DNA from: a virus
Taxonomy: Duplodnaviria; Caudoviricetes
IMG/VR virus record: IMGVR_UViG_3300029319_007564
Span: 1-56,475 of that record
Length of the DNA: 56,475 bases
Strand: one strand, 5' to 3'
Numbering within the stretch: position 1 is the stretch's first letter; each line of letters begins with the position of its first letter. Shown in pieces: positions 37,499 through 46,852 of this stretch. Both the position numbers and the translations under genes were made by a program. The notes below the pieces were generated by a model, which saw nothing but the letters and a program-made list of their open reading frames with translations, had not been told where the DNA came from and made no database searches.

Positions 37499-38118
37499 TA
37501 TAGACCTTCCTCAATTTTTTGTCTCATATACTCTTCACTAAAGCCAACATGTCCTGAATAAAATTTCATATCTTTACCAATATAAATATATGTGGGATAA
37601 GCATTCAAAAGATAGCCTGTAGCTCCTGGCTCGGCAACAGTACCATCTTGTGGGTCAATCATTTTTTCTTTGCTTCCTTGCAATACTGGTGCTGTTGTTA
37701 TCATATGATCATTAACCCAAGTATCGATATCGTATTCAGAGGGATCCTCAGCATATTTATTTTCTAATAATACTGTCACAAACTCAAATCCTCTGTCTGC
37801 ATATTCATCCTGAATAGTTTGTGTATAAGCACCTGCGGCTTGACACGGGCCACACCACATAGTAGAAAAATCTAGTAATATTACTTTTCCTTCGTGTGCA
37901 TAAAGTTCCCATATATCTCCATTTTGGTCTAAAAGACTAAAATTGCATGCTTTATCACCAATATCAATTTGCTGACAATCATCTGCTGGCATTACTCCTA
38001 CCGGTGGCGGTGGAGGTTCCACAGCATTACCGGTATCTTTATTGTTTGTTTTTAATTTTGCCGGTGCACAGCAAGTCATAGTTAGTGCAAGACCGATCAT
38101 AAAAAACAGCTTTTTCAT
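37498..38118 (-). CDS. TlpA-like thioredoxin-fold lipoprotein
   Basis: FSLLDQNG, LLDFSTMWCGPC, YPT. Start revised to 38118 (GAGGTG RBS); signal peptide ending TMTCC. Confidence 0.88.
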   Translation of the reverse strand: MKKLFFMIGLALTMTCCAPAKLKTNNKDTGNAVEPPPPPVGVMPADDCQQIDIGDKACNFSLLDQNGDIWELYAHEGKVILLDFSTMWCGPCQAAGAYTQTIQDEYADRGFEFVTVLLENKYAEDPSEYDIDTWVNDHMITTAPVLQGSKEKMIDPQDGTVAEPGATGYLLNAYPTYIYIGKDMKFYSGHVGFSEEYMRQKIEEGL

Positions 38119-38159
38119 ATTCACCTCACAAATAAATAGGCTTTTTTTGAAAAAATTAC

Positions 38160-38280
38160 ATCCGGTTGTGGATCTTTTGCTCACCACAGCTAACCTATAG
38201 TTGATTTGATTTTACCTCGCTGGTGTGGAGGCTCTTAGTAGGTATGGAGCCACCGTTACCTTAGTATATTTATACCGAAT
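38160..38280 (-). ncRNA. Candidate ~120-nt structured RNA
   Basis: Terminal pairing ATTCGGT/ACCGGAT; inner stems GGCTC/GAGCC and TGTGG/CCACA. Confidence 0.35.
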
Positions 38281-38291
38281 GGTTTTGGTTT

Positions 38292-38627
38292 TCAAATATC
38301 GTCTGAAAAGTAATCTTTTACTTTATAAGTAGATAAAACTTTTTTGAATTCAGAATATGTTAATCCTAAAAATCTAGCTGCATCTTTTTTTGAATTAGTA
38401 GTTGATATAGCAAATTTTAAAAGAGCTTCTTTTACAATGTATCCTGAATTTCTCCAAATGTCAAATCCATAAAGCCTATTATTAATGTTATTCGCTGAAA
38501 GTTCAAACTTTATTGCAATCAAGTCTTCAATTGACAAAGAGTTAATACATGTTAGTAATTCATCATTTATTAAGTTTTTATTCTTTAGTAACTTTATAAC
38601 ACTTTTATTAACTGTAGTAGCTTTCAT
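38292..38627 (-). CDS. Fis-like helix-turn-helix protein
   Basis: KEALLKFAISTTNSKKDAARFLGLTYSEFKKVL matches the Fis HTH pattern. Confidence 0.7.
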   Translation of the reverse strand: MKATTVNKSVIKLLKNKNLINDELLTCINSLSIEDLIAIKFELSANNINNRLYGFDIWRNSGYIVKEALLKFAISTTNSKKDAARFLGLTYSEFKKVLSTYKVKDYFSDDI

Positions 38628-38643
38628 TCGCAGTCACAACTTT

Positions 38644-38672
38644 AGTATAATGTTGATTTTCAAAATTGTCAA
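38644..38672 (-). promoter_or_regulatory. sigma70-type promoter
   Basis: TTGACA-N17-TATACT upstream of the Fis-like gene. Confidence 0.8.
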
Positions 38673-38679
38673 GTAATTT

Positions 38680-39228
38680 TTAGCTAACATCGTAAATTGA
38701 GCTAATTGAGTCCTTAACGTCATCTTCTTCACTCCAGCGATCATCAATTTCACCTGCTACAGTTACAGCTCGATCACCCTCAATCATTCCGCCGCTAGGA
38801 CTTTCATGATTATGAGTTCTGTCGCCACTTGACATATCATAATAATATGGCGGGCGCGCCACAGACTGTGAATCGTCGTGAAGAACATTTTCGTGAGCAT
38901 ATATAATCATCTGCTTACACATCAGACCTATCAATAATGCTTGTGCAGAGGCAATATCTTGCGATTTAAGTGTTCGCTCGCGAGGTTCCATCCTGCGTAC
39001 GCGTTTTGTTGGTGAAGGTTCAACATATGATGAAACTTTGCTTTTAGCTTCTGATATTGAATCATACTCATATATCATTTCACCATCTAGCATCTCGCTA
39101 GATCTAGGATCAATTCCCATATACATTACTTTTAAACACGTATCAACGGTTTCCATTATAGTATCTACGTTGGACGTCGCTGAGAAATTAACGGAACTTT
39201 TTATCCATTGTACGTATGAAAACTCCAT
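38680..39228 (-). CDS. Hypothetical protein
   Basis: 182-aa ORF, AGGT RBS. Confidence 0.65.
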   Translation of the reverse strand: MEFSYVQWIKSSVNFSATSNVDTIMETVDTCLKVMYMGIDPRSSEMLDGEMIYEYDSISEAKSKVSSYVEPSPTKRVRRMEPRERTLKSQDIASAQALLIGLMCKQMIIYAHENVLHDDSQSVARPPYYYDMSSGDRTHNHESPSGGMIEGDRAVTVAGEIDDRWSEEDDVKDSISSIYDVS

Positions 39229-39241
39229 TTTTACACCTATT

Positions 39242-40039
39242 TTATAATTCTAATTCTGGCGCTGAATCTTGTGCATCTGGCCCAGGATCTGATTTTGCCA
39301 TATCATAAGCTTGATTTGTAGGCTCATCGACCTGATCTGCTAATTCTGTTTCAAACTTATCAAAATAAAGCTTCAAGTTTGCAATCAAATAATCATAAAA
39401 AAGTTCTTGATCTTCTTCGTTCGAAAGTAGCTCATAGGAGTCAATAACACTAGTTTCAATTTTTTTGAAGCTTTGATAAGCCATATTGCGACCAGTTTCA
39501 TCTTCACCGTCGATTCCAAAAGAGTCGACTGGATCCTCTTCTTCTTGTTCATCATCGGCTGCTTTTTCTGCATCTGTGCGAATGTCAATAAATTTTCCGT
39601 CTTCACCACCTTCATCACCAACATCAATTTCAATTTCTTCATCCATATCGATGAATTCATCAAATTCTTGCAGTTGGTCCACTTCATCATCTGCTTCATT
39701 ATTTGTGATTGCTGGTGTCAGAGTTCCAACAACAGCTTGTATTACGTGTGATCTAAATGATTTTCTTTGTTCAGAACTTGTTGTTAAAAGCTTGTAATCT
39801 GTTTCCAAAACTGGTATAATCTTTTTAAGGAGATCTTCTAGAACGTTAATTCCAGTTGATTTATTTGGAGTTGGGCTGTTGTCTGGGGTTTGTGCCTCTT
39901 TTAAGCTTTTAAGTTCAATGTCAATAAATGAACGAATAACCTCACGAAGTTGTTGTTCTTCGTCTGATCTTTTTTGCTTGACATGTCTGATCATATGTCT
40001 TATACTTTCTCTGAGGGTTTCTTCTTCTTTTTGATTCAT
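39242..40039 (-). CDS. Acidic hypothetical protein (possible head-associated/scaffold-like)
   Basis: Repeated LRExIR helices and a long acidic linker. Confidence 0.6.
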   Translation of the reverse strand: MNQKEEETLRESIRHMIRHVKQKRSDEEQQLREVIRSFIDIELKSLKEAQTPDNSPTPNKSTGINVLEDLLKKIIPVLETDYKLLTTSSEQRKSFRSHVIQAVVGTLTPAITNNEADDEVDQLQEFDEFIDMDEEIEIDVGDEGGEDGKFIDIRTDAEKAADDEQEEEDPVDSFGIDGEDETGRNMAYQSFKKIETSVIDSYELLSNEEDQELFYDYLIANLKLYFDKFETELADQVDEPTNQAYDMAKSDPGPDAQDSAPELEL

Positions 40040-42048
40040 CTCATAATTCCTTTTTCCATAATTAGTCTCATAACATCATCTATCGTGCTTATGTCAACAT
40101 TTTCTTTTATAGCAAGATTCTTGCCAGTAAGCTTGCTTATTTCTTTTTGTTTTTTATTAAATTTCTTTGTCGCGTCTGAATTCCAAGAAGTTCCATCAGA
40201 ACCGACCATAGCGCCCTGGACAGCGCCGGATGCCATTGAAGAGATTTCATTCATTCCACTATCAATATCAAATATTGAGAGCAAATCAAATATGTTGGCT
40301 TCGCCAACAAAGTCTTCAAGCAACTCAATCGCTTCCTCATCTTCATCGGCTTTACCGAGAAGATATCTCATATCAGAGGCGTGGAACGCTAAAGGGTTCT
40401 TGCCTGATTTAACACTTGGCATATCATCTTTCAGAGGAGACACATTTAATAATCCCATATATTGGGAAGAATGTGCAACTGGTTGTACAGCAGCGCTAGA
40501 TAAATCACGCAACAGAACTCCATCCTTGACATATTTAGCAGCTTCTTTAAACCTTGCTGCGTCCCCTCCCTTGGTGCTAACTCCAAGTATTACTTCTGTT
40601 CCGGGTTCAACCGGCCCATCTTTTCCTATGAATTCGTATGTGGCTGTAATAGGTGATGCATGCCCAGATACTTGCACGTCTACGTTTGGAAGCTGTCTAG
40701 TTAGTAACTCCCACACTCTTTTGGAATCACCACTCGTTATCTCTCGTCCATTTGGTAATTTGCGAGAAGATTTAAGTGGAGCAGAAATCAATACAATAAC
40801 TTCGTCTGCTTGCGAAGCATATTCTTCGACCATTGCAAGATGCCCCTTGTGAGGTGGTTTGAATGCACCAGGAACAACAGCAATAACTTTTGAAGGACCA
40901 ACAGGATCAGCATCCTCGTCCTCTATTTCTATTTCGTCGTCCTCCTCGTTTAGCGACGTATCCGCTTGAAAAGCGGATCCCATTCCACCGAGAATAAACT
41001 CACCGGTAATTTTTACTGGATTTGGACCAAATAATTTTTCATCACGCAAAACAACACCTTCGTGGTCCATTACATTACCCATTGGACTGGTTAATCCTCT
41101 GAGAACATCATTTCCTAACATACGAGTTGCATGCATCATGATAGCGCCATATATTGCAGCTTCTGCATCGGAATCTTCAATTAGTTCCACAATTGGTACA
41201 GAACCGTCTAGAATGGCTTTGTAAAGCTCTTTGTGTAGTGGGTGGGTCTTCTTACCATTCTTGAGCTTAACGCTCTTGTAGCGCGGATTAGAGGCCTCTG
41301 ATAGCCATTCTCTTAATGACTTGGTAATCTCACGGTCATCTGACACTCTTATTGTTAATGGTTCGCTAAGCGTACTCTCAAAATCTATTTCTGAGTCTTG
41401 TAATCTTTCTGTTGGTACAGAACCATATACTTCAAATCCGTACTCATTTGCCACTACATTTAATTTCGAAATTAGTTTTTCCATCACTAGCGGATCAAAA
41501 GGAACTTCAACGCTTGGAGCTTTTACTCCTTCGGGTCGTTCTGCTCCAGGTCTCTCTTGACCTGTTCGACTGTGAACCTTATGATAAAATTGATTTAGCC
41601 CATGGATAGCTAAGAAATTTTCATCATATTGAGTTACATTCGTTGTGCCGGCAACATACTCGGTATTTAGAAACATTGAAGGATTGTCAAGCATCCCCAA
41701 TTCTTGCAATTCATTTTTTATTGATGGGAGAGCTGTATTTAAAATTGTTAGTAGCGTTCTAATTGCAGGCCGCATTCCGTGTCCTTCCGGAAATCTGTCA
41801 TCAACTCGGGCCATTGTTATGCCCTCAATGTCAATTGGCTTTAAGGACCCTCTATCTACTGCAAATTGTTTTGCTTCTTCGTCTCCAACAACTTTGAAAG
41901 ACACATTAACACCGTCGATTTTTACGGCGCCAGCACCTTTTTTTTCAACAAATGTTTTTGCTCTTCCAAAAAAATCTATTAAATCATTACCGCTGTTAAC
42001 CCACCCTAAATCAAAAGGGTGGTTCATGTGTCCCGCTGCACCGCCCAT
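40036..42048 (-). CDS. Fusion of a ligase-like nucleotidyltransferase domain and a HIGH-motif nucleotidyltransferase domain
   Basis: VKIDGVN (KxDG), HEGVVLR, PVKITG; acidic linker; then PGAFKPPHKGH and HASDMR. Confidence 0.75.
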   Translation of the reverse strand: MGGAAGHMNHPFDLGWVNSGNDLIDFFGRAKTFVEKKGAGAVKIDGVNVSFKVVGDEEAKQFAVDRGSLKPIDIEGITMARVDDRFPEGHGMRPAIRTLLTILNTALPSIKNELQELGMLDNPSMFLNTEYVAGTTNVTQYDENFLAIHGLNQFYHKVHSRTGQERPGAERPEGVKAPSVEVPFDPLVMEKLISKLNVVANEYGFEVYGSVPTERLQDSEIDFESTLSEPLTIRVSDDREITKSLREWLSEASNPRYKSVKLKNGKKTHPLHKELYKAILDGSVPIVELIEDSDAEAAIYGAIMMHATRMLGNDVLRGLTSPMGNVMDHEGVVLRDEKLFGPNPVKITGEFILGGMGSAFQADTSLNEEDDEIEIEDEDADPVGPSKVIAVVPGAFKPPHKGHLAMVEEYASQADEVIVLISAPLKSSRKLPNGREITSGDSKRVWELLTRQLPNVDVQVSGHASPITATYEFIGKDGPVEPGTEVILGVSTKGGDAARFKEAAKYVKDGVLLRDLSSAAVQPVAHSSQYMGLLNVSPLKDDMPSVKSGKNPLAFHASDMRYLLGKADEDEEAIELLEDFVGEANIFDLLSIFDIDSGMNEISSMASGAVQGAMVGSDGTSWNSDATKKFNKKQKEISKLTGKNLAIKENVDISTIDDVMRLIMEKGIMR

Positions 42049-42299
42049 TACTCGTCTCCCTTAGACTCTTCTAAAATACTAAGTTTTTCTTGTAAGACTC
42101 GCATATCGCCCTGCATACGTCGAGCATATCTCTTAACTTCTCTTAAATGTTGTTTAGCTAAAGACATTCTTCTTTTCTCAGTCACGGTTCGTGGTTTGAG
42201 ATTGGAAATAATTTCTTCGAGACCTTGAATGTAAGTAAAAATAGTCTTTTCATCTAAACTCTCATAGAGAAAATCTTGCCAGTTTTTTTCTAAAGACAC
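42048..42299 (-). CDS. Coiled-coil protein with NWQDFLYE leader
   Basis: Start revised to GTG 42299 (GGAGG RBS). Confidence 0.65.
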   Translation of the reverse strand: MSLEKNWQDFLYESLDEKTIFTYIQGLEEIISNLKPRTVTEKRRMSLAKQHLREVKRYARRMQGDMRVLQEKLSILEESKGDE

Positions 42300-42385
42300 T
42301 TGTGCGCCCTCCATTTGTTGAAGCCATAATAAGTCCAAAATAAATTTTTGTTTAAGTTTTTTGAGTTCGATTCGAGTCTCAACTT

Positions 42386-43501
42386 TTACTTTTCCTGCCC
42401 ATTTGCTTTTCTTTCCTTGACTATGCTAATAGCTTTCATCAAAGCTTCTTTGACTTGCTTGTCACTCAAGTTAGAGTTTTTGATAATTTCCTCAACACGC
42501 TCACCAGTTCCTTTCTTTACTCTACGACCTGTTGCACGTGCGCCTTCTCTATCTTCTGCAGGGTGCGAAGGTGATTCATCAAGATCTTCCTTATCATCCT
42601 CGTCATCATCTCTTTTTGCCATAGAGTGACTGTGGCCTTCTGCTAATGAAGCGTTTGTTACCTGAATACTATCAAATGGAACGTTTTCCATTATAGTACC
42701 ATCTTCAAACTTCATATCATAATGAGTAACCTTTCCAAGCTCTTGGTCGAAGTTATGGTTGACTGCTTCTGCCATTTCAACAGTTCCATTTCTCTCCACA
42801 CCACCGTGATGAACACAATAATGGTTTGGTGAAAAAGCGCCTTCGTCCATGCCTTTCTTTTCCTTTTTATCAGCTGCAGCTTTTTTCATCGACTCTTCCT
42901 TATCGCCATCACCATCAATATCAATGTAGTCTGGCTTTTCAGCTTCTTCTTGAACTTCGGCTTCTTCCTGCACTTCTCCAGCACCGTCAAATTCCTCAAA
43001 CTCCTGCAGGGTGTTAAATTTAAAACCCCAGGCTTCGTTAAGAAGCTTATTTAATTCTCTGTTTTTCCAATCTCTCGTAGACATCTTTTTTTCTCCTTTT
43101 TGTAGATGTTCAAAATAAATAGTACTTTTTAGTCCGTCTTCCCAATCACGAAAGCACATATTGCCAATTTCGTATGCTTGACGTTCCATTTCTCTCAAAT
43201 GCTCATCATTTTGAGCATAACCTTCACCCATTTCTCCGACCTCATTAAACTGACCATCACAGTTTTGCTTATGATGTACAAGCTCATGAGATAAAGAGCG
43301 CATAATATCCTTTGGGTGTCGACCGGTGATGTATAAAGTAATCGACTTTTGACCGGGATCATAATGCGCTGTTTTTCCTAAAGGATTTTTAGCATTCTCA
43401 GAATCTCCTTTCAAAAAAAGTCTTGGAGGATCCGCAAATCCCATCCTTTTTTTTGCGAAAGGCATAAATTTCTTTATCAACGGCATCAAAGTGTCAATCA
43501 T
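42386..43501 (-). CDS. Modular protein: N-terminal HExxH metallopeptidase plus acidic-linked C-terminal modules
   Basis: SHELVH...EMERQAYE; DIDGDGD EF-hand-like loop; His-rich HYCVHH...HYD module. Confidence 0.7.
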   Translation of the reverse strand: MIDTLMPLIKKFMPFAKKRMGFADPPRLFLKGDSENAKNPLGKTAHYDPGQKSITLYITGRHPKDIMRSLSHELVHHKQNCDGQFNEVGEMGEGYAQNDEHLREMERQAYEIGNMCFRDWEDGLKSTIYFEHLQKGEKKMSTRDWKNRELNKLLNEAWGFKFNTLQEFEEFDGAGEVQEEAEVQEEAEKPDYIDIDGDGDKEESMKKAAADKKEKKGMDEGAFSPNHYCVHHGGVERNGTVEMAEAVNHNFDQELGKVTHYDMKFEDGTIMENVPFDSIQVTNASLAEGHSHSMAKRDDDEDDKEDLDESPSHPAEDREGARATGRRVKKGTGERVEEIIKNSNLSDKQVKEALMKAISIVKERKANGQEK

Positions 43502-43544
43502 ACATAACCTAAAGTCAATACAATAAATAGTATTGAATGTTCAT

Positions 43545-43808
43545 TTACGTCAGATGACTTTTATCTGACTTAGAAACGAGCTTTAAACTCATTGTAAAAA
43601 ACTCTAATTCAATTTTTGGACCGCTTAGTGGCATAACTTTTGAAACTGAAATCATACGATTAGATTTGATCTGATTTTTTATCTCAATAATTATACCGTA
43701 ATTAGATTCCCAGAGACTATCTTGACTATTCCATGTTTGCCATTCAACAATATCACCGGCACATAAATCTTGAGCGGCTAGTTCTCCAAAACTTAGTTCT
43801 TTTTCCAT
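43545..43808 (-). CDS. G-D-L-V family small beta-barrel protein
   Basis: LCAGDIVEW...YGIII...SLKLVS. Confidence 0.65.
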   Translation of the reverse strand: MEKELSFGELAAQDLCAGDIVEWQTWNSQDSLWESNYGIIIEIKNQIKSNRMISVSKVMPLSGPKIELEFFTMSLKLVSKSDKSHLT

Positions 43809-43936
43809 ATCATAATTAAAGCTATAGCAGCTAATAAAGTAACTACAGTAAATTCATAACCGCACAACCCATAAATAGCCCACGAACTAGCTAAAATTAA
43901 AATACTTTTCCAAATATTATCAAAAGCAAATAACAT
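43793..43936 (-). CDS. 47-aa two-TM peptide
   Basis: TAATG-coupled start; MLFAFDNIWKSILILASSWAIYGLCGYEFTVVTLLAAIALIMIWKKN*. Confidence 0.55.
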   Translation of the reverse strand: MLFAFDNIWKSILILASSWAIYGLCGYEFTVVTLLAAIALIMIWKKN

Positions 43937-44226
43937 TAATTAAATCCTAACACTAAAAGTTCATCTTGTTCAATTAAAGCTATTTCTCCAGTTTCAGCAT
44001 ATATCATAACTCTTCCTTCAGGATCAATTCTGGAATCAACAATAAAAACTTTAGTTCCCCTGAGAATCCTGATCATATCTCTGTCTTTTGGGTTATAACA
44101 CCAGATGTGGCCTTTTCCTGAAATTATACACGGAACAACCAGTGGACCATCTTCTGGTTCTAGTTTACCAGAAATTTGTCTGATTATTCTTTTGATTTCA
44201 TCTATGTCTAGCGGTTTAGGTGGCAT
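43936..44226 (-). CDS. Hypothetical protein
   Basis: Start revised to ATG 44226, 5 nt after TAGTTA. Confidence 0.6.
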   Translation of the reverse strand: MPPKPLDIDEIKRIIRQISGKLEPEDGPLVVPCIISGKGHIWCYNPKDRDMIRILRGTKVFIVDSRIDPEGRVMIYAETGEIALIEQDELLVLGFN

Positions 44227-44491
44227 ATAAGTAACTAGAATTTGCATTACTCAATATTTCTATGCAAATATCGTCACTTTTTTTAGTATATTCAACAATA
44301 CCTATAATATATTTTTTATTTAAATTTTTAGCATCGTTAAATTTATCTTCCAAATAGAAAGATTTGTTATACCAGAACCATTTTACAGTGAAGGTGTTTT
44401 TTGAATTATTTAGTATTACTCCAACTCGCAAAGGTTTATTAAAACCTGGCCATTTAAAGCTTACTAAATCTCCTACTTTATAATCGTCCAC
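44216..44491 (-). CDS. G-D-L-V family small beta-barrel protein
   Basis: YKVGDLVSF...VGVIL...FTVKW. Confidence 0.65.
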   Translation of the reverse strand: MDDYKVGDLVSFKWPGFNKPLRVGVILNNSKNTFTVKWFWYNKSFYLEDKFNDAKNLNKKYIIGIVEYTKKSDDICIEILSNANSSYLYAT

Positions 44492-44525
44492 AATACCTTA
44501 TAACATGTCTTGCGAAAAAAGCAAA

Positions 44526-44849
44526 TTAAATTACGTGAGTGTAAGCTAAAATAAATCCAGTCAATGCTTGTACAACTAAGAAAATTGTAATTGCTTTTGT
44601 TTTAAATTCTTTCAAGTCTTCCAGTTGATCAAACATAGATTTAAGCTGCGGTGGGGATGCAACTTCGTCAATACGATCTTTCCAAGCTTTTAACTCTACT
44701 ACGCGATCTTCGCGGGCCTTCATCAAGGTCATTTCTTGTTTTATCTCTTGAAGCTCGTCTCTTAAAGAATCAATACCAACAGAGAGTGTTTCAAGCTGTT
44801 CTAAAACAAGCCTTGAATATTCATTCCATCCATTTTCACTAGGCGCCAT
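44526..44849 (-). CDS. Coiled-coil protein with C-terminal TM (holin/XhlA-like architecture)
   Basis: Heptads followed by ITIFLVVQALTGFILAY; GGAGG RBS. Confidence 0.55.
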   Translation of the reverse strand: MAPSENGWNEYSRLVLEQLETLSVGIDSLRDELQEIKQEMTLMKAREDRVVELKAWKDRIDEVASPPQLKSMFDQLEDLKEFKTKAITIFLVVQALTGFILAYTHVI

Positions 44850-44884
44850 GTCTCGTCCTCCAACTCTCTTAATTAGTTAGCAGA

Positions 44885-45571
44885 CTAGCATTTAATCTTC
44901 TGGATGTCATACTGGCCATCATTATTGATAACTTTGTTTATGACCAATTCAAAATCTAATGGTTTAACGTCATTTATTTCGGGATTATCGCAAACTTTTG
45001 CTAGCACGTCGTCAATATTTTTTTGAGAATCTTCATAATATTCAATACGATTAATGTTTGATTTTCCATCAGGCATAATTTTATTACTTAACATTTTTAC
45101 CATAACATCACCCTTCGATTCTCCGGCAGTTGCAATCGGTCTAATTTTAGATGAATCAATTCCTATTTCATCAAGGTAGTCTAAAATTGGCCCAAGAGAC
45201 TTACCCCTTCGAGCTGTTAAAATATAGGTTCTAGAGTTTTCTGAAAAGTTTCTTAGTACGTCAGTGACTAATTTAATCTCAAGAGGATTTTTTACAATAG
45301 AAAAGTCACTAAGGTCTATCTTGTATCCAGCATTAATTAATCCATCAACTGCGTCGAAAGCATCTATGCCTTCTTTTTCTGCAGCTGCGTTCATGTATTC
45401 TTCAAATTCTTTTTGATCTCGCAATGTGGCTGTCGAACCATCCGGCGCCGTGACACGTGTTTCTGATTCGGTATGTGCTATTGTTTCATCAAAATCAAAA
45501 ATACGCAGAGTAGTCACGGGCTCATAATTTTCCGCGATAAACTTTCGCCAATTTTCAAGTAGGAGTTTCAC
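44885..45571 (-). CDS. HAD-family phosphatase with MKLLLENWRKFIAE leader
   Basis: IFDFDETIAHT, ILTARR, K, YYEDS. Confidence 0.8.
   Translation of the reverse strand: MKLLLENWRKFIAENYEPVTTLRIFDFDETIAHTESETRVTAPDGSTATLRDQKEFEEYMNAAAEKEGIDAFDAVDGLINAGYKIDLSDFSIVKNPLEIKLVTDVLRNFSENSRTYILTARRGKSLGPILDYLDEIGIDSSKIRPIATAGESKGDVMVKMLSNKIMPDGKSNINRIEYYEDSQKNIDDVLAKVCDNPEINDVKPLDFELVINKVINNDGQYDIQKIKC
45545..45571 (-). repeat. 27-bp exact repeat copy 1 (encodes start-KLLLENWR)
   Basis: GTGAAACTCCTACTTGAAAATTGGCGA, identical to 46234-46260. Confidence 0.95.
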
Positions 45572-46260
45572 GCGCTAGCAATACCTTTTTCAAAACCCTT
45601 GAAAGGGTTTTTTAAATCACTTCTTAAATCAATCAAAGTTTGTAACCAGCCTTGAGATTCTGCTACATCCTTCAGCATTGATAAAATACCACTTGGATCT
45701 AATGCAGTAACAACTGTTTGAATTAATAGCTTTATTTTTTCTAGATTTTGTTGTACAAAGGCAGCAATTTTTGCTGCACTAGCAACTCCCCCAGACATGG
45801 TATCTAATATAGCTTTAGCTCCAAGTTCAACTAGTTTTTGCAAAACTATCGCTAATATCGCCGCACCAGCTTTTAAATATTTTGGACTTCTCAACACTCC
45901 AAAAGCTTGAACTATTTGCCTGGATCTATATTTTGGAAATAGCTTTAAAAGAATATTGTTTTTTGTTTTTACTGCAATTGTTCGCATGCTGGAAAAAAAG
46001 CTTTGTAATTTTTTTAGTGACGCGTCAACAAAGGACATCAACTGGTTATCCTTCCAATTGTTGAAACTTTGTATTTGTTTTTTTACTGAGTTGAAAGAAT
46101 TACTAAAAAACGATCCAATACTCTCATCAAGCAATCTCTGCTGCTCTTCTATTATGAGCATTTCAGTAACATAATTACCTGCCCAAATTTCTTCTACAAG
46201 ATTTTCGGCAGATCTCTGCTCGTTTAAATAATCTCGCCAATTTTCAAGTAGGAGTTTCAC
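45568..46260 (-). CDS. Helical/amphipathic protein with MKLLLENWRDYLNE leader
   Basis: Start revised to GTG 46260 (GTGA-coupled, repeat copy). Confidence 0.7.
   Translation of the reverse strand: MKLLLENWRDYLNEQRSAENLVEEIWAGNYVTEMLIIEEQQRLLDESIGSFFSNSFNSVKKQIQSFNNWKDNQLMSFVDASLKKLQSFFSSMRTIAVKTKNNILLKLFPKYRSRQIVQAFGVLRSPKYLKAGAAILAIVLQKLVELGAKAILDTMSGGVASAAKIAAFVQQNLEKIKLLIQTVVTALDPSGILSMLKDVAESQGWLQTLIDLRSDLKNPFKGFEKGIASA
46234..46260 (-). repeat. 27-bp exact repeat copy 2
   Basis: Identical to 45545-45571. Confidence 0.95.
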
Positions 46261-46610
46261 ATCTCTTTCCAATATTTTATCCAGGCATATGCCTTTCTTT
46301 CATTTAAGTAGTTTTCTTTTTCGTCGTTATCATATGCCTCAAGCTCAAAAGGATTAACATAATATGCCTCTTTACCTCCGAGTCCCGACAATAAACCGTT
46401 TAAATGAAAATAAGCATACATAATCCATTGAAAAATAAACAACATTTCAACTTGCTGTTTGTAGTGAATTGTTTCATGTCTTCTTACTCTTTCATCTAAT
46501 TCTCCTCGCGAGAAAACAAAAATAAAAAAACTTAGCGCATTTATTTCAATTGGAGCCAGCTTGGATAACCAAACTGGTATTTTGCTATTTTCAAAAAATA
46601 AAGGAAACAT
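46257..46610 (-). CDS. Small HExxH metallopeptidase-like protein
   Basis: RRHETIHYKQQ...NPFELEAY. Confidence 0.7.
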   Translation of the reverse strand: MFPLFFENSKIPVWLSKLAPIEINALSFFIFVFSRGELDERVRRHETIHYKQQVEMLFIFQWIMYAYFHLNGLLSGLGGKEAYYVNPFELEAYDNDEKENYLNERKAYAWIKYWKEM

Positions 46611-46852
46611 TATTTAACTTCCTCTACTGATTTATCCATTTCATTATCAAAATCAGATCTAATCCAAACCATTGAATTGAATTGTGCTCTTTTTCTTTCC
46701 AACACTAAAGATCCTTGTGGTTTAACCAATTCTCCTTGTACCTCCACACTTTCAAAATCAATTTCAGTTTTTTGTTTATAAACAACGCGAGGCTCCTCCT
46801 CGTCGTTTGCATATGCAACACTCGATAGTAAAAATATTAAAATGTATCTCAC
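46610..46852 (-). CDS. cglF: CglF/GltF-like (adventurous gliding motility) secreted protein
   Basis: Signal peptide ending AYA, then VVYKQKTEIDFESVEVQGELVKPQGSLVLERKRAQFNSMVWIRSDFDNEMDKS, matching my recollection of the myxobacterial CglF pattern; AAGGAGG RBS. Confidence 0.75.
   Translation of the reverse strand: MRYILIFLLSSVAYANDEEEPRVVYKQKTEIDFESVEVQGELVKPQGSLVLERKRAQFNSMVWIRSDFDNEMDKSVEEVK

Noticed and set aside
37498-38187. Selenoprotein thioredoxin, or the longer 229-aa start
   Set aside because: Active-site codons are TGT, not TGA; the SD and signal peptide place the start at 38118.
38160-38280. RNase P, SRP or 6S RNA identity
   Set aside because: Lacks the conserved RNase P and SRP signatures I could check and is short for 6S; left as an unassigned candidate.
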